Below are positions 8,253 to 17,554 of a stretch of DNA of 64,000 nucleotides, piece after piece. The DNA lies in assembly GCA_001443455.1 (NCBI GenBank), contig LDXO01000001.1, positions 205,632 to 269,631 on the forward strand, read 5' to 3'. The position numbers and the translations under genes are program-made. The notes beneath the pieces were generated by a model. The model saw nothing but the letters and a program-made list of their open reading frames with translations, did not search any database and was not told the DNA's origin. Position 1 is the stretch's first letter. Each line of letters starts with the position of its first letter. This DNA comes from Deltaproteobacteria bacterium CSP1-8. GTDB taxonomy: Bacteria; Desulfobacterota; Deferrimicrobia; Deferrimicrobiales; Deferrimicrobiaceae.

Positions 8253-8903
8253 TCAGTGCCCCCCCGCCTCCTTCCCCCACAGCTGCTGCAGCCTGTGGTC
8301 GCGCCCGCAGTTGTACCGGTAGATCTTGTACCGAACCGGGTTCTTCTTGTAGTAGTGCTGGTGATACTCCTCGGCGGGGTAGAACTCCGAGGCGGGGACG
8401 ATCTCGGTCACGATGGGGGACGAAAACCGCTTCGACTCCTCCAGGGCCTTTTTCGACGCCTCGGCAAGCTTTTTTTGCTCCTCGTCGTGGTAGAAGATCG
8501 CCGAGCGGTACTGCGTGCCGTGGTCGCAGAACTGGGCATCCCTGGTCAGCGGGTCCACGTTGCGCCAGAAGATGTCAAGCATCTTCGCATAGGAGATCTT
8601 CGCGGGGTCGTAAACGATCTGCACGGATTCGGTGTGTCCCGTCCCCCCGGCCGACACCTCCTCGTAGGTCGGGTTCTTCTTCTGTCCCCCCGCGTAGCCC
8701 ACGGTGACGGAGAGGACCCCGTCCTGCTTGTCGAAGGGCGACTCCATGCACCAGAAGCAACCGCCCGCGAACGTCGCCTTCGCGGAATTCCGGCCCTGCT
8801 TCGCCCCACCGCCGCGGTCCTCGGCGCCCGAAACCGTTGCAACCAGAAGCGGGATCATCAGCCACCCCAGAAATACCGCGTTCGTGAGCATATGGGTCTT
8901 CAT
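8253..8903 (-). CDS. msrA: Peptide-methionine (S)-S-oxide reductase MsrA with an N-terminal signal peptide
   Basis: The catalytic motif GGCFWCME and the region ..GTGHTESVQIVYDP..YHQHYY.. are present. The preferred start is MKTHMLTNAVFLGWLMIPLLVATVSGA at 8903. Confidence 0.9.
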   Translation of the reverse strand: MKTHMLTNAVFLGWLMIPLLVATVSGAEDRGGGAKQGRNSAKATFAGGCFWCMESPFDKQDGVLSVTVGYAGGQKKNPTYEEVSAGGTGHTESVQIVYDPAKISYAKMLDIFWRNVDPLTRDAQFCDHGTQYRSAIFYHDEEQKKLAEASKKALEESKRFSSPIVTEIVPASEFYPAEEYHQHYYKKNPVRYKIYRYNCGRDHRLQQLWGKEAGGH

Positions 8904-9066
8904 CGATTTTCCCCTGTCCCATGGAATAAGGTTCATCTTTCCTTAGATTCGCGATGGGGCTTCGAGATCCGCCCCGCGGGATTCCTGGTTTGCTCCCCAG
9001 GCACCCGGGGGGGGAGTACAGGGCCTTGACATATGGCGGTACCCCAATCCATGATGTTGGAACCGA

Positions 9067-9726
9067 TTGAGTGCTCACTCGGTAGGGGGGGTCGTGGGGG
9101 AGAAGAACAGGCGATCCGCCATCCTGGCGGTTGCCTCACACCTGTTCGCGGAAAAAGGGTACAGCAACACCACCACCGCGGAGATCGCCCAGGAGGCGGG
9201 GGTCGCCGAAGGGACGCTCTACCATCACTTCGGGAGCAAGGACGGGATCTTCCTCACCATCTTCGACGAGATGGCGGAGGAGTACCTGGCGGGGGCGGAA
9301 CGCCTGGCCGGGGACGGAAAGACCGGGGCGGAAACGCTGTCCGGCCTGATCCGATTCCACTTCGAATATCTCGAACGGAACAAGACCCGCTTCCTCGTGA
9401 TCCTTCGGGATTTTCCGAATCATCTCGCCGCCGATCGGGATGGTCGACCGGCGGAAATCCGGAACCGGTTCAGCCGCATGACCGACATTCTGTCCCTGGT
9501 CTTGACGAAAGGGTTCCATGACGGGACTCTACGCCCCAGCTTCCCTGTGCGGGATACGGCGGGTCTTCTCCGGGGAATCCTCTACGGGACCACGCGGCAC
9601 AGCATGCTCGGGATCATCGACGTGCCCCTTTCCCGACTTTCCCGCATGGTGGAAGGGTACTGCCTGCAGGCGCTCTCCCCCGACTCGCGTGCCGGGGGGA
9701 AGCGGGGGAAAGGTGGGAAAAAATGA
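9067..9726 (+). CDS. TetR/AcrR family transcriptional regulator
   Basis: The HTH region ILAVASHLFAEKGYSNTTTAEIAQEAGVAEGTLYHHFGSKDGIF is present. The gene is first in an efflux operon. An alternative start is GTG 9094. Confidence 0.85.
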   Translation: MSAHSVGGVVGEKNRRSAILAVASHLFAEKGYSNTTTAEIAQEAGVAEGTLYHHFGSKDGIFLTIFDEMAEEYLAGAERLAGDGKTGAETLSGLIRFHFEYLERNKTRFLVILRDFPNHLAADRDGRPAEIRNRFSRMTDILSLVLTKGFHDGTLRPSFPVRDTAGLLRGILYGTTRHSMLGIIDVPLSRLSRMVEGYCLQALSPDSRAGGKRGKGGKK

Positions 9727-11081
9727 CTTTCCGAAAAGGGTTTCCGACTGCGACAGCGGTGGCTTTCCTGATATGGATCGGGCACTTGCCCAGCCAGGCG
9801 CAGGAGCAGCCTCCGGGCCTTGCCTCTCCTCCCGCAGGAAGTCGCGGAGAGACTGCATCGGGGGGAAACGACAACACCGACCGGACCGGTATCCTGTGGA
9901 ACATGGACAATGTCGTCGGGATCGCGCTTTCCCGGCATCCCCTGATCGGTCAGGCCGACGCCGATACGACGGCCGCCATCGCGCGAAAAGGCCAAGCCGT
10001 ATCGGGGTATTACCCATCGATCAACCTGTCCACCGGATACGCGCGGTCCCGTTCGCTTTCCTCCCAGAGCCCGGAAAGCGTTACTTCTTCCGAAAGATTC
10101 ATCGAGGGAAACGTTTCCCAGATCATCACGGACTTCGGCCGGACGAGGGCCGGCGCAGACCGTGCGGGATCACTCGTATCCGCCGCTGCGGAAAGCGGGA
10201 AATCCAAGCGACAAGATGTTGCTTTCGCCTCGAAAATCGCCTATTTCAGCGTCCTCCGGGCGCAGAGGATCGTAGACATCCGCCGCGAGACGTTGCAGCA
10301 GCGCGAGTCGCTCCTGACCCAGGCGCAGGCCTTCTACGATGCGGGGGTCCGGGCGCGGATCGACGTGGCACGCGCGGAAGCCAACCTCTACCAGGCGCGC
10401 GCAGAGCTGACCGCCGCCTTGAACGAACTCCAGGTGGCGCGGATCACCCTGCTCAACCGCATGGGCATCGACGGGCCAAAGGATTTCGGCCTTATGGACA
10501 CCCTCGCCGTGGTGACGGTTCCGGGAACTCTCGACTCGTGGGTCGCCGAGGCGGAGGCGAACCGTCCGGAACTGAGCTCGATCCGGGAACGGGAACGGGC
10601 GGCGGAATACGGGCTTCGCGCGGCTCGAGCCGGCTATTATCCAATCCTCACGGGGGCCGGCGGGTACGGATATGCCGCGGAAGAACCGCCCCTGAAGCAG
10701 AACTACGACCTCACCGTCCTTCTGAATTTCCCAGTCTTCTCGGGATTCTCGACGAGGGAGCAGGTAAAGGAGGCACAGGCGTCGCTCGACTCGACGAGGT
10801 TCGCGGCAACGGAACTCCGGCGCCTGGTCCGCCTCGAGGTGGAGCAGGCGTCCCTCTCCGTCCGGGAAGCATACGAGCGCTCCGAAGCCCGCCGGAAGGA
10901 GCAGGAGGCGTCCCGGGAAAACCTGCGACTTGCGAGGGAACGGTACAAGGTGGGGGCGGGAGACATCATCGAAATGATCGATGCGCAGGTGCAGATGAGC
11001 CGGGCGGACACCGCCGTGATCGAGGCGCTCTACGATTCCAGCATCTCCGCGGCGACGCTCCTCCGGGCGCTGGGGAGATAG
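9723..11081 (+). CDS. TolC-family outer membrane efflux protein
   Basis: The ATG overlaps the tetR stop (ATGA). It has a signal peptide and the two-repeat coiled-coil OMF pattern (..AQAFYDAGVRARIDVARAEANLYQARAEL..). Confidence 0.85.
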   Translation: MTFRKGFPTATAVAFLIWIGHLPSQAQEQPPGLASPPAGSRGETASGGNDNTDRTGILWNMDNVVGIALSRHPLIGQADADTTAAIARKGQAVSGYYPSINLSTGYARSRSLSSQSPESVTSSERFIEGNVSQIITDFGRTRAGADRAGSLVSAAAESGKSKRQDVAFASKIAYFSVLRAQRIVDIRRETLQQRESLLTQAQAFYDAGVRARIDVARAEANLYQARAELTAALNELQVARITLLNRMGIDGPKDFGLMDTLAVVTVPGTLDSWVAEAEANRPELSSIRERERAAEYGLRAARAGYYPILTGAGGYGYAAEEPPLKQNYDLTVLLNFPVFSGFSTREQVKEAQASLDSTRFAATELRRLVRLEVEQASLSVREAYERSEARRKEQEASRENLRLARERYKVGAGDIIEMIDAQVQMSRADTAVIEALYDSSISAATLLRALGR

Positions 11082-11146
11082 GCCGGGGAAGCAGGGAAGG
11101 TCCGGCGAACCAAACAGGTTGCATCAAGCGTCTCAAGAGGAAACCG

Positions 11147-12322
11147 ATGAGCCCTCGATACCGTCCCGTTCGACCGGGACCAACCATAGCCCCTCTTTCC
11201 CTCGCGACTCTTCTTTGCGCTCTGGCCGCCGGTCCCCCGTTTCTCTCCGGGTGCTCCCAGGAGACTAACTCCAGGATGACGGGAGCGCAACAAAAGAGTG
11301 TCCCCGTAACCGTAGGCACGGCATCCAAAAAGGACTTCCCGGTCCAGGTCCGCGCCATCGGAACGGTGGAGGCGTTTTCCACCGTCACGATCAAGACCCT
11401 GGTGGCCGGACAGATCACCAAGGTGGCCTTCCGGGAGGGCCAGGACGTGAAAAGGGGGGACCTTCTGTTTGAGATCGATCCCGTTCCCTTCCAGGTGGCG
11501 CTGCAGGTGGCGGAAGCAACGCTGGCAAAGGATGTGGCGCTCAAGGAAAACGCCGAGAAGGAAGTGAAGCGGTACGCTCTGCTGATCGAGAAGGACCTGA
11601 TCCCGAGGCAGCAGTACGACCAGGTGATCGCCAATCTGGGGGCGCTTGAAGCCACGGTGCAGGCGGATGCCGCCCAGGTGGAGCAAAGCCGCGTGAAACT
11701 CGGATACTGCTACCTCCGGTCGCCCATCGACGGCAGGACGGGCGATCTCTCCGTGAACCGGGGAAACATCGTCAAGGAAAACGATACGAAGCTTCTGGTC
11801 ATCAACCAGATCACCCCCATCTACGTCACGTTTTCCGTGCCCGAGCAGCGCCTCGCGGAAATCCGACGGAACCAGGCCGAAGGAAACCTGGCGGTCGAGG
11901 CGGTTCTCCCCGGGGGAGGGGGCGATCCCATCGGGGGGAGCCTCGATTTCATCAGCAACGAGGTCGACAAGACCACGGGGACGATCCAGCTGAAGGGGAA
12001 ATTCGCCAACGCAGACAGGCGGCTCTGGCCCGGTCAGTTCGTGAACGTGTCGCTCACCCTCGCCGTCCGGCGCGACGCGGTCTTCGTCCCCTCCCAGGCG
12101 ATCCAGACGGGACAGGAAGGCCGGTACGTTTTCGTCATCAAGCAGGACCTCACCGCGGAGATGCGTCCCGTCACGGCCGGCCCGTCCCTGGGAGGGGATA
12201 CGGTCATCGAACAAGGCGTCCAGGCCGGAGAGCAGGTGGTCACCGACGGCCAGCTCGGCCTGGTTCCGGGTTCCAAGGTGGATGTGAAGAGCCCGGAGGC
12301 GGTCAGGGAGAAGGCCTCTTGA
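11147..12322 (+). CDS. RND efflux periplasmic adaptor (membrane fusion) lipoprotein
   Basis: This is the distal part of ORF 9518-12322, starting at ATG 11147. There is a lipobox (FLSGC) and the biotinyl-lipoyl/hairpin pattern ..GDLLFEIDPVPFQVAL.. . Confidence 0.85.
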   Translation: MSPRYRPVRPGPTIAPLSLATLLCALAAGPPFLSGCSQETNSRMTGAQQKSVPVTVGTASKKDFPVQVRAIGTVEAFSTVTIKTLVAGQITKVAFREGQDVKRGDLLFEIDPVPFQVALQVAEATLAKDVALKENAEKEVKRYALLIEKDLIPRQQYDQVIANLGALEATVQADAAQVEQSRVKLGYCYLRSPIDGRTGDLSVNRGNIVKENDTKLLVINQITPIYVTFSVPEQRLAEIRRNQAEGNLAVEAVLPGGGGDPIGGSLDFISNEVDKTTGTIQLKGKFANADRRLWPGQFVNVSLTLAVRRDAVFVPSQAIQTGQEGRYVFVIKQDLTAEMRPVTAGPSLGGDTVIEQGVQAGEQVVTDGQLGLVPGSKVDVKSPEAVREKAS

Positions 12323-15300
12323 ACATCCCGGAACAATTCATCCGCCGACCCGTCATGACGACCCTGGTGATGCTCGCCATCCTTCTGTTCGGCGTCATGG
12401 GGTACCGGCATCTTCCGGTAAGCGACCTGCCCAACGTCGATTTCCCGACCTTGCTGGTCACCGCGAACCTGCCGGGGGCTAGCCCGGAAACGATGGCCTC
12501 CTCCGTGGCCACCCCCCTGGAGAAGCAGTTTTCCACGATCGCCGGCGTCGATTCCATGACCTCCAGCAGCGGGATCGGGCTGACCCAGATCACGCTCACG
12601 TTCTCCTTGAGCCGCAACATCGACGCCGCCGCCCAGGACGTGCAGGCGGCCATCGCCAAGGCGGCCTCCCAGCTGCCGCGGGACATGCCCTCTCCTCCCT
12701 CCTACCAGAAGGTCAATCCCGCGGACCAGCCGATTCTGTACTTCGCCCTGTACTCCCCGACCCTTCCCCTTTCGACGGTGGACGAATACGCGCAGACGTT
12801 CATCGCGCAGCGGATTTCCATGATCAGCGGGGTCGCCCAGGTCCTCGTGTTCGGCTCCCAGAAATACGCCGTGCGCGTGCGACTCGACCCCGACAGCATG
12901 GCCGCGCGCGGGATCGGGATCGACGAGGTGGCCGGCGCGATCGAGCAGGGGAACGTGAATCTCCCCACGGGGACTCTCTCCGGCCCCCACCAGGCGTTCA
13001 CGGTGGAGACGCGCGGCCAGCTCATGGAGGCGGACGCCTACCGGCCACTGGTGGTCGCGTACCGCAACGGCTCCCCCGTGCGCCTTCAGGACATCGGAAC
13101 AGTCGTCGACAGCGTGGAAAACGACAAGGTGGCGAGCTGGTACAAGACCACGCGCGCCGTCGTCCTTGCCATCCAGCGGCAGCCGGGCACCAACACGGTG
13201 GAGGTGGTGGATTCGATCCATCGGCTCCTTCCGACGTTCCGCGTCCAGATGCCGGCCTCGATCGAGCTCGCCATCCTCTACGACCGGTCCGTGTCGATCC
13301 GCGACTCGGTGAACGACGTGCAGTTCACCCTGTTCCTGGCGATCTGCCTCGTCGTCCTCGTGATCTTCCTCTTCCTGCGCAACCTTTCGGCAACGTTGAT
13401 CCCGAGCCTCGCGGTGCCGATGTCGGTCGTGGGGACCTTCGCCGTCATGTACCTGATGGGATACAGCCTGGACAACCTGTCCCTCATGGCCCTGACCCTC
13501 TCGGTGGGTTTCGTGGTGGACGACGCCATCGTGATGCTGGAGAACATCGTCCGTCACATGGAACGGGGGGAGGACGCGCGGACGGCGGCCTTCCGGGGAT
13601 CCAAGGAGATCGGCTTCACCATCCTGTCGATGACCCTGTCGCTTGTGGCCGTCTTCATCCCCGTGCTCTTCATGGGGGGGGTTGTAGGGCGGCTGCTCCA
13701 CGAGTTCGCCGTCACGATCGGCGCGGCGATCCTGGTCTCCGGTTTCGTGTCCCTGACCCTGACCCCCATGCTCTGCAGCCGCTTCCTGCGCCCGCCGGGG
13801 GAGGAGAAGCACGGCCGCGTCTACCAGGCCTCGGAGCGCGTCTTCGTCGGCATGCTCTCGTTCTACGACCGGAGCCTCCGATGGGTATTGCGGTACCGCC
13901 GCGCCACGATCGTGTTTTCCGCCCTTTTGCTCATCGTGACGGCGTACCTGTTCGTCGTCATCCCCAAGGGGTTCCTCCCGGCCGAGGACACCGGGATGAT
14001 CTTCGGCTTCACCGAGGCGGCCCAGGGGATCTCCTTCGATTCGATGAAGGAGCACCAGCAGGCGCTTGCCGCCGTCGTCGCCGCCGACCCGAACGTGGAG
14101 TCCTTCATGTCGAGCATCGGCCCGAGCGGGCCGAACGTGGCCGGCAACTCGGGGCGAATCTTCATCCGGCTCAAACCCCGCAAGGAGCGCGATCTGAGCT
14201 CGGACGAGATCATCCAGGCCCTGCGTCCGAAGATCTCGAAGATCCCCGGCATCCGGGCGTTCCTGCAGAATCTTCCCCCGATCCGGATCGGCGGGCAGCT
14301 GACGAAGAGCCAGTACCAGCTGACGCTGCAAAGCCCGGACACGGGGGACCTCTACCGCATGGCTCCGGTGCTCGAGGCAAGGATGAGGGAGATCGCGGGA
14401 CTCCAGGATGTGACGAGCGACCTGCAGATCAAGAACCCGCAGGTCAACGTGAAGATCGAACGGGACAAGGCGAAGTCGATGGGCATCACCGCGCAGCAGA
14501 TCGAGGACGCCCTTTTCAGCGCCTACGGTTCGCGGCAGATCTCCACCATCTTCACCCCGAACAACACCTACAAGGTCATCATGGAGGTGGAACCCCGATA
14601 CCAGACCGACCCGGAGGCCCTCTCCCGGCTCTACGTCCGTTCCTCCGCCGGCGGCCTTGTCCCCTTGAACGCCGTGGCCACGATGACGCCGGGGGTGGGC
14701 CCCCTCCTCGTGAACCATCTCGGCCAGCTGCCTTCGGTCACCATCTCCTTCAACCTCCAGCCCGGAATTTCCCTGGGGCAGGCGGTGGCGGCGGTGGACA
14801 AGGTCGCGCGCGTCACGCTCCCCGCCTCCATCACCACCAGTTTCCAGGGAACCGCCCAGGCCTTCCAGGCGTCGCTCCAGGGGATGGGGATCCTGCTCGT
14901 GATGGCCATCCTGGTCATCTATCTCGTGCTGGGAATCCTCTACGAAAGCTTCATCCACCCCCTGACGATCCTGTCCGGCCTTCCCGCCGCCGGGATCGGG
15001 GCCCTGGTGGCGCTCATGATCTTCCGGATGGATCTCTCCCTCTACGCCTTCGTGGGCGTCATCATGCTGGTGGGGATCGTGAAGAAGAACGCCATCATGA
15101 TGATCGACTTCGCCCTCGAGGCGGAGCGCAAGGAGGGGAAAAGCCCCGCGGAGGCGATCTACGAAGGGTGTCTCGTCCGGTTCCGCCCCATCATGATGAC
15201 CACGATGTCCGCCCTGATGGCGACCCTGCCGATCGCCATCGGCTTCGGCGCAGGGGCGGAAGCCCGCAGGCCGATGGGGATCGCCGTCGTGGGCGGGCTT

Positions 15301-15459
15301 CTCTTTTCCCAGATCATCACGCTCTACATCACGCCGGTGATCTACACGTTCCTGGACGGGTTCCAGGCCGTTCTCCAGGGATGGCTGCAACGGCTCCGCG
15401 AAACCGTCGGGGGCAGGAGGGCAAAACCGGCACTCCCGCTCGATCCCGCCGCCGGCTGA
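12319..15459 (+). CDS. RND family efflux permease (AcrB/MexB type)
   Basis: 1046 aa, beginning MNIPEQFIRRPVMTTLVMLAILLFG, with the typical 12-TM / two-large-loop organisation. The start overlaps the adaptor stop. Confidence 0.95.
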   Translation: MNIPEQFIRRPVMTTLVMLAILLFGVMGYRHLPVSDLPNVDFPTLLVTANLPGASPETMASSVATPLEKQFSTIAGVDSMTSSSGIGLTQITLTFSLSRNIDAAAQDVQAAIAKAASQLPRDMPSPPSYQKVNPADQPILYFALYSPTLPLSTVDEYAQTFIAQRISMISGVAQVLVFGSQKYAVRVRLDPDSMAARGIGIDEVAGAIEQGNVNLPTGTLSGPHQAFTVETRGQLMEADAYRPLVVAYRNGSPVRLQDIGTVVDSVENDKVASWYKTTRAVVLAIQRQPGTNTVEVVDSIHRLLPTFRVQMPASIELAILYDRSVSIRDSVNDVQFTLFLAICLVVLVIFLFLRNLSATLIPSLAVPMSVVGTFAVMYLMGYSLDNLSLMALTLSVGFVVDDAIVMLENIVRHMERGEDARTAAFRGSKEIGFTILSMTLSLVAVFIPVLFMGGVVGRLLHEFAVTIGAAILVSGFVSLTLTPMLCSRFLRPPGEEKHGRVYQASERVFVGMLSFYDRSLRWVLRYRRATIVFSALLLIVTAYLFVVIPKGFLPAEDTGMIFGFTEAAQGISFDSMKEHQQALAAVVAADPNVESFMSSIGPSGPNVAGNSGRIFIRLKPRKERDLSSDEIIQALRPKISKIPGIRAFLQNLPPIRIGGQLTKSQYQLTLQSPDTGDLYRMAPVLEARMREIAGLQDVTSDLQIKNPQVNVKIERDKAKSMGITAQQIEDALFSAYGSRQISTIFTPNNTYKVIMEVEPRYQTDPEALSRLYVRSSAGGLVPLNAVATMTPGVGPLLVNHLGQLPSVTISFNLQPGISLGQAVAAVDKVARVTLPASITTSFQGTAQAFQASLQGMGILLVMAILVIYLVLGILYESFIHPLTILSGLPAAGIGALVALMIFRMDLSLYAFVGVIMLVGIVKKNAIMMIDFALEAERKEGKSPAEAIYEGCLVRFRPIMMTTMSALMATLPIAIGFGAGAEARRPMGIAVVGGLLFSQIITLYITPVIYTFLDGFQAVLQGWLQRLRETVGGRRAKPALPLDPAAG

Positions 15460-15509
15460 GCGCGAAACCGCCCCCGTTCCGGATCTTGTCCGGGGATGCA
15501 GCGTATTGA

Positions 15510-15539
15510 TTGACATCGATATGAAGGGGGGGGTATAGT
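15510..15539 (+). promoter_or_regulatory. Sigma70-like promoter: TTGACA-18 nt-TATAGT
   Basis: TTGACA at 15510-15515 and TATAGT at 15534-15539. The spacer contains a G8 homopolymer at 15526-15533. The promoter lies about 350 nt upstream of terC. Confidence 0.45.
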
Positions 15540-15890
15540 TGGGTTGAAGGCGCGTTGGCAGGTCAACCACCCGGTCGATTAGAAAAAAGCAGGACGGCGG
15601 CAGGCAACCCACGGACATCCGTTCCTCTGAGGCAGCAGAGAGAGTGAAATGAACTTTCTCTCTCCAGGAACGGTTTCTCTTTCCCTCCCTCCCATACGGC
15701 GGTGTCCGGAGAAATTCAATCTCCGCATGGCCCGGGTGTCCGCCAGGCCGCCCGGGAAGGCGGAGGACGAAGGATCGGCTCCCGCGCGCCGCGGGATCGC
15801 ATTGCCCCCCCCGAGCGGGAAGCGATTGGGCCCGGCCCCAGGTGAGGTACCGGAGACGCGGACCCCGGCGGGCTGCACCGGAAGGGAGGG

Positions 15891-16904
15891 ATGATGGAAC
15901 AATGGTGGATGTGGGCGGTCTTCGGTGTCGTGGTCATGACGACGCTCATGATCGACCTCCTGGTGTTTCACCGGAAACCCCATGCCATGTCCCTCCGCGA
16001 GGCCTCCGCCTGGACCGGGGTCTGGGTTTCCCTGGCCGCGCTGTTTGCCGGCGCCGTCTTCGCCACGGAGGGATCGGGCAAGGGTCTGGAGTTTGTCACG
16101 GGCTACATCATCGAGTGGTCCTTAAGCGTGGACAATCTTTTCGTGTTCCTCGTGATCTTCTCGTACTTCGCCGTCCCGCTGGCCTTTCAACACCGGGTGC
16201 TCTTCTGGGGAATCATGGGGGCGGTGATCATGCGGGGAATCTTCATCGCCGCCGGCGTGGGCCTGCTGGCGTGGTTCCACTGGATGATCTATGTTTTCGG
16301 GGCCTTTCTGGTTTTCACGGGGATCAAGATCCTGCGCCAGGGTGAGTTGCAGGTCGAGCCCCAGAAGAATCCGCTTCTCCGGTTCTTCACCCGCATCATG
16401 CCGGTCGACCCGGCCTACGACAAGCAGAACTTCTTTGTGCGGCGGGAGGGGCGGCTGGTGGCAACCGCTCTCGTGCCGGTCCTGATCGTGGTGGAGACGA
16501 CCGACGTCATGTTCGCGACGGATTCGGTACCCGCCATCCTCGCCATCACCCGCGATCCCTTCATCGTGTACACGTCCAACGTGTTCGCCATCCTCGGATT
16601 GCGCGCCATGTTCTTCCTGCTGGCGGGAATCATGGGACTGTTCCGGTACTTGAAGGTCGGGCTCTGCATCGTCCTCATGTTCGTGGGGGTCAAGATGCTG
16701 ATCTCCGATATTTATAAGATCCCCATCGCGGTGTCCTTGGGCATGGTGGTCTCCATACTGGCATCCTCGGTCCTGGCTTCCGTCATTTTCCCTCCCGCGG
16801 AAGGGAATGCCGCCGTACGGAGCGACGGGGGCATAGCGGCCCCGGCGGGCCGGGTCGAGGAGGAGGAGACGATGGAACATCGGAGGAAAAGTCACATAGC
16901 CTAG
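15891..16904 (+). CDS. terC: TerC/Alx family integral membrane protein
   Basis: Begins MMEQWWMWAVFGVVVMTTLMIDLLVFHRK and contains ..EWSLSVDNLFVF.. and ..DSVPAILAIT.. motifs characteristic of the TerC family. GGAGGG precedes the start. Confidence 0.9.
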   Translation: MMEQWWMWAVFGVVVMTTLMIDLLVFHRKPHAMSLREASAWTGVWVSLAALFAGAVFATEGSGKGLEFVTGYIIEWSLSVDNLFVFLVIFSYFAVPLAFQHRVLFWGIMGAVIMRGIFIAAGVGLLAWFHWMIYVFGAFLVFTGIKILRQGELQVEPQKNPLLRFFTRIMPVDPAYDKQNFFVRREGRLVATALVPVLIVVETTDVMFATDSVPAILAITRDPFIVYTSNVFAILGLRAMFFLLAGIMGLFRYLKVGLCIVLMFVGVKMLISDIYKIPIAVSLGMVVSILASSVLASVIFPPAEGNAAVRSDGGIAAPAGRVEEEETMEHRRKSHIA

Positions 16905-16934
16905 CCGGAGCACTGGGCAGGAAAGAGGGGAAAA

Positions 16935-17477
16935 ATGGATTTTGTACGAAGAAGCAAGATAAATTGGTTTCTCGGTGTTGTATGCTCAGGAGTCCTGGCA
17001 AGCTTGCTCTATCTTTACGTATATATTTATGTCGTTCATATCCCGTTAAGCAAAAATTACATCAGCGGCATCATAGGTTTCGTTGGCGTTATATTCTTTG
17101 CGACAATACCCATTTTCGGAATTTATAAATATTTCCTTCACGGAAGTCGGCAACAAAAAATATTATCTATTGATGAGTCTGGAATCAAATTCTATTCCGG
17201 CGCCAGATTTACCTTGTCTTGGCATGATATTGAATCAATCAGTAAAGAAAGCGCCGGCCAAGGGAAGGGCCAGGCGTTGGCAATACATTTGAAGCATGGT
17301 GACGGCAAACTGTTCAACAAGAAACGTAAAGCGAAGTTGTTATATTTCCCGGACAAGAAATATGCTGGCCCCGGAGATATCACCATAGCATTTCATGGCG
17401 TATCCCCGAGTCTGGACGATGCCATTGCGGAGATTAACAAATATCGTTCCAAGGCAGTCAATGACGTTGCTGTCTGA
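16935..17477 (+). CDS. Hypothetical membrane-anchored protein (two N-terminal TM helices plus a soluble domain), low-GC orphan
   Basis: A clean 180-aa ORF sits in a conspicuously AT-rich block between GC-rich neighbours. GGGGAAAA precedes the ATG. The TM segments are FLGVVCSGVLASLLYLYVYIYVV and IIGFVGVIFFATIPIFGIY. Confidence 0.6.
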   Translation: MDFVRRSKINWFLGVVCSGVLASLLYLYVYIYVVHIPLSKNYISGIIGFVGVIFFATIPIFGIYKYFLHGSRQQKILSIDESGIKFYSGARFTLSWHDIESISKESAGQGKGQALAIHLKHGDGKLFNKKRKAKLLYFPDKKYAGPGDITIAFHGVSPSLDDAIAEINKYRSKAVNDVAV

Positions 17478-17554
17478 TTTCTTCGGGATCGTTGCGCGCG
17501 AACGGCTCCTTCGATTCCCGTTTCCCGGCCGGTTCCATGGGGCCCGAAGGGCCG

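Noticed and set aside
9518-11146. The N-terminal 540 codons of the 934-aa ORF 9518-12322.
   Set aside because: Only the distal part (from ATG 11147, with a lipobox) is the adaptor protein. The upstream part overlaps tetR and tolC in another frame and is Arg/Pro/Gly junk.
12034-15618. A 1194-aa ORF on the minus strand.
   Set aside because: It lies antisense to and fully overlaps the unmistakable RND permease (12319-15459). Its translation is Arg/Gly/His/Asp-rich low-complexity sequence, typical of shadow ORFs in GC-rich DNA.
15730-15780. An SRP-RNA-like segment (CCAGGCCGCCCGGGAAGGCGGAGG).
   Set aside because: The similarity to the 4.5S domain IV is only superficial. The conserved AGCAGC 3' side and the GGAA tetraloop geometry are missing.
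15546-15890. A yybP-ykoY (Mn2+/pH) riboswitch, expected upstream of TerC.
   Set aside because: I could not find the conserved GGGGAGUAG / UUGACA..A / AGCAAGAC core elements by eye. I therefore do not call it a feature, and a covariance-model scan is needed.
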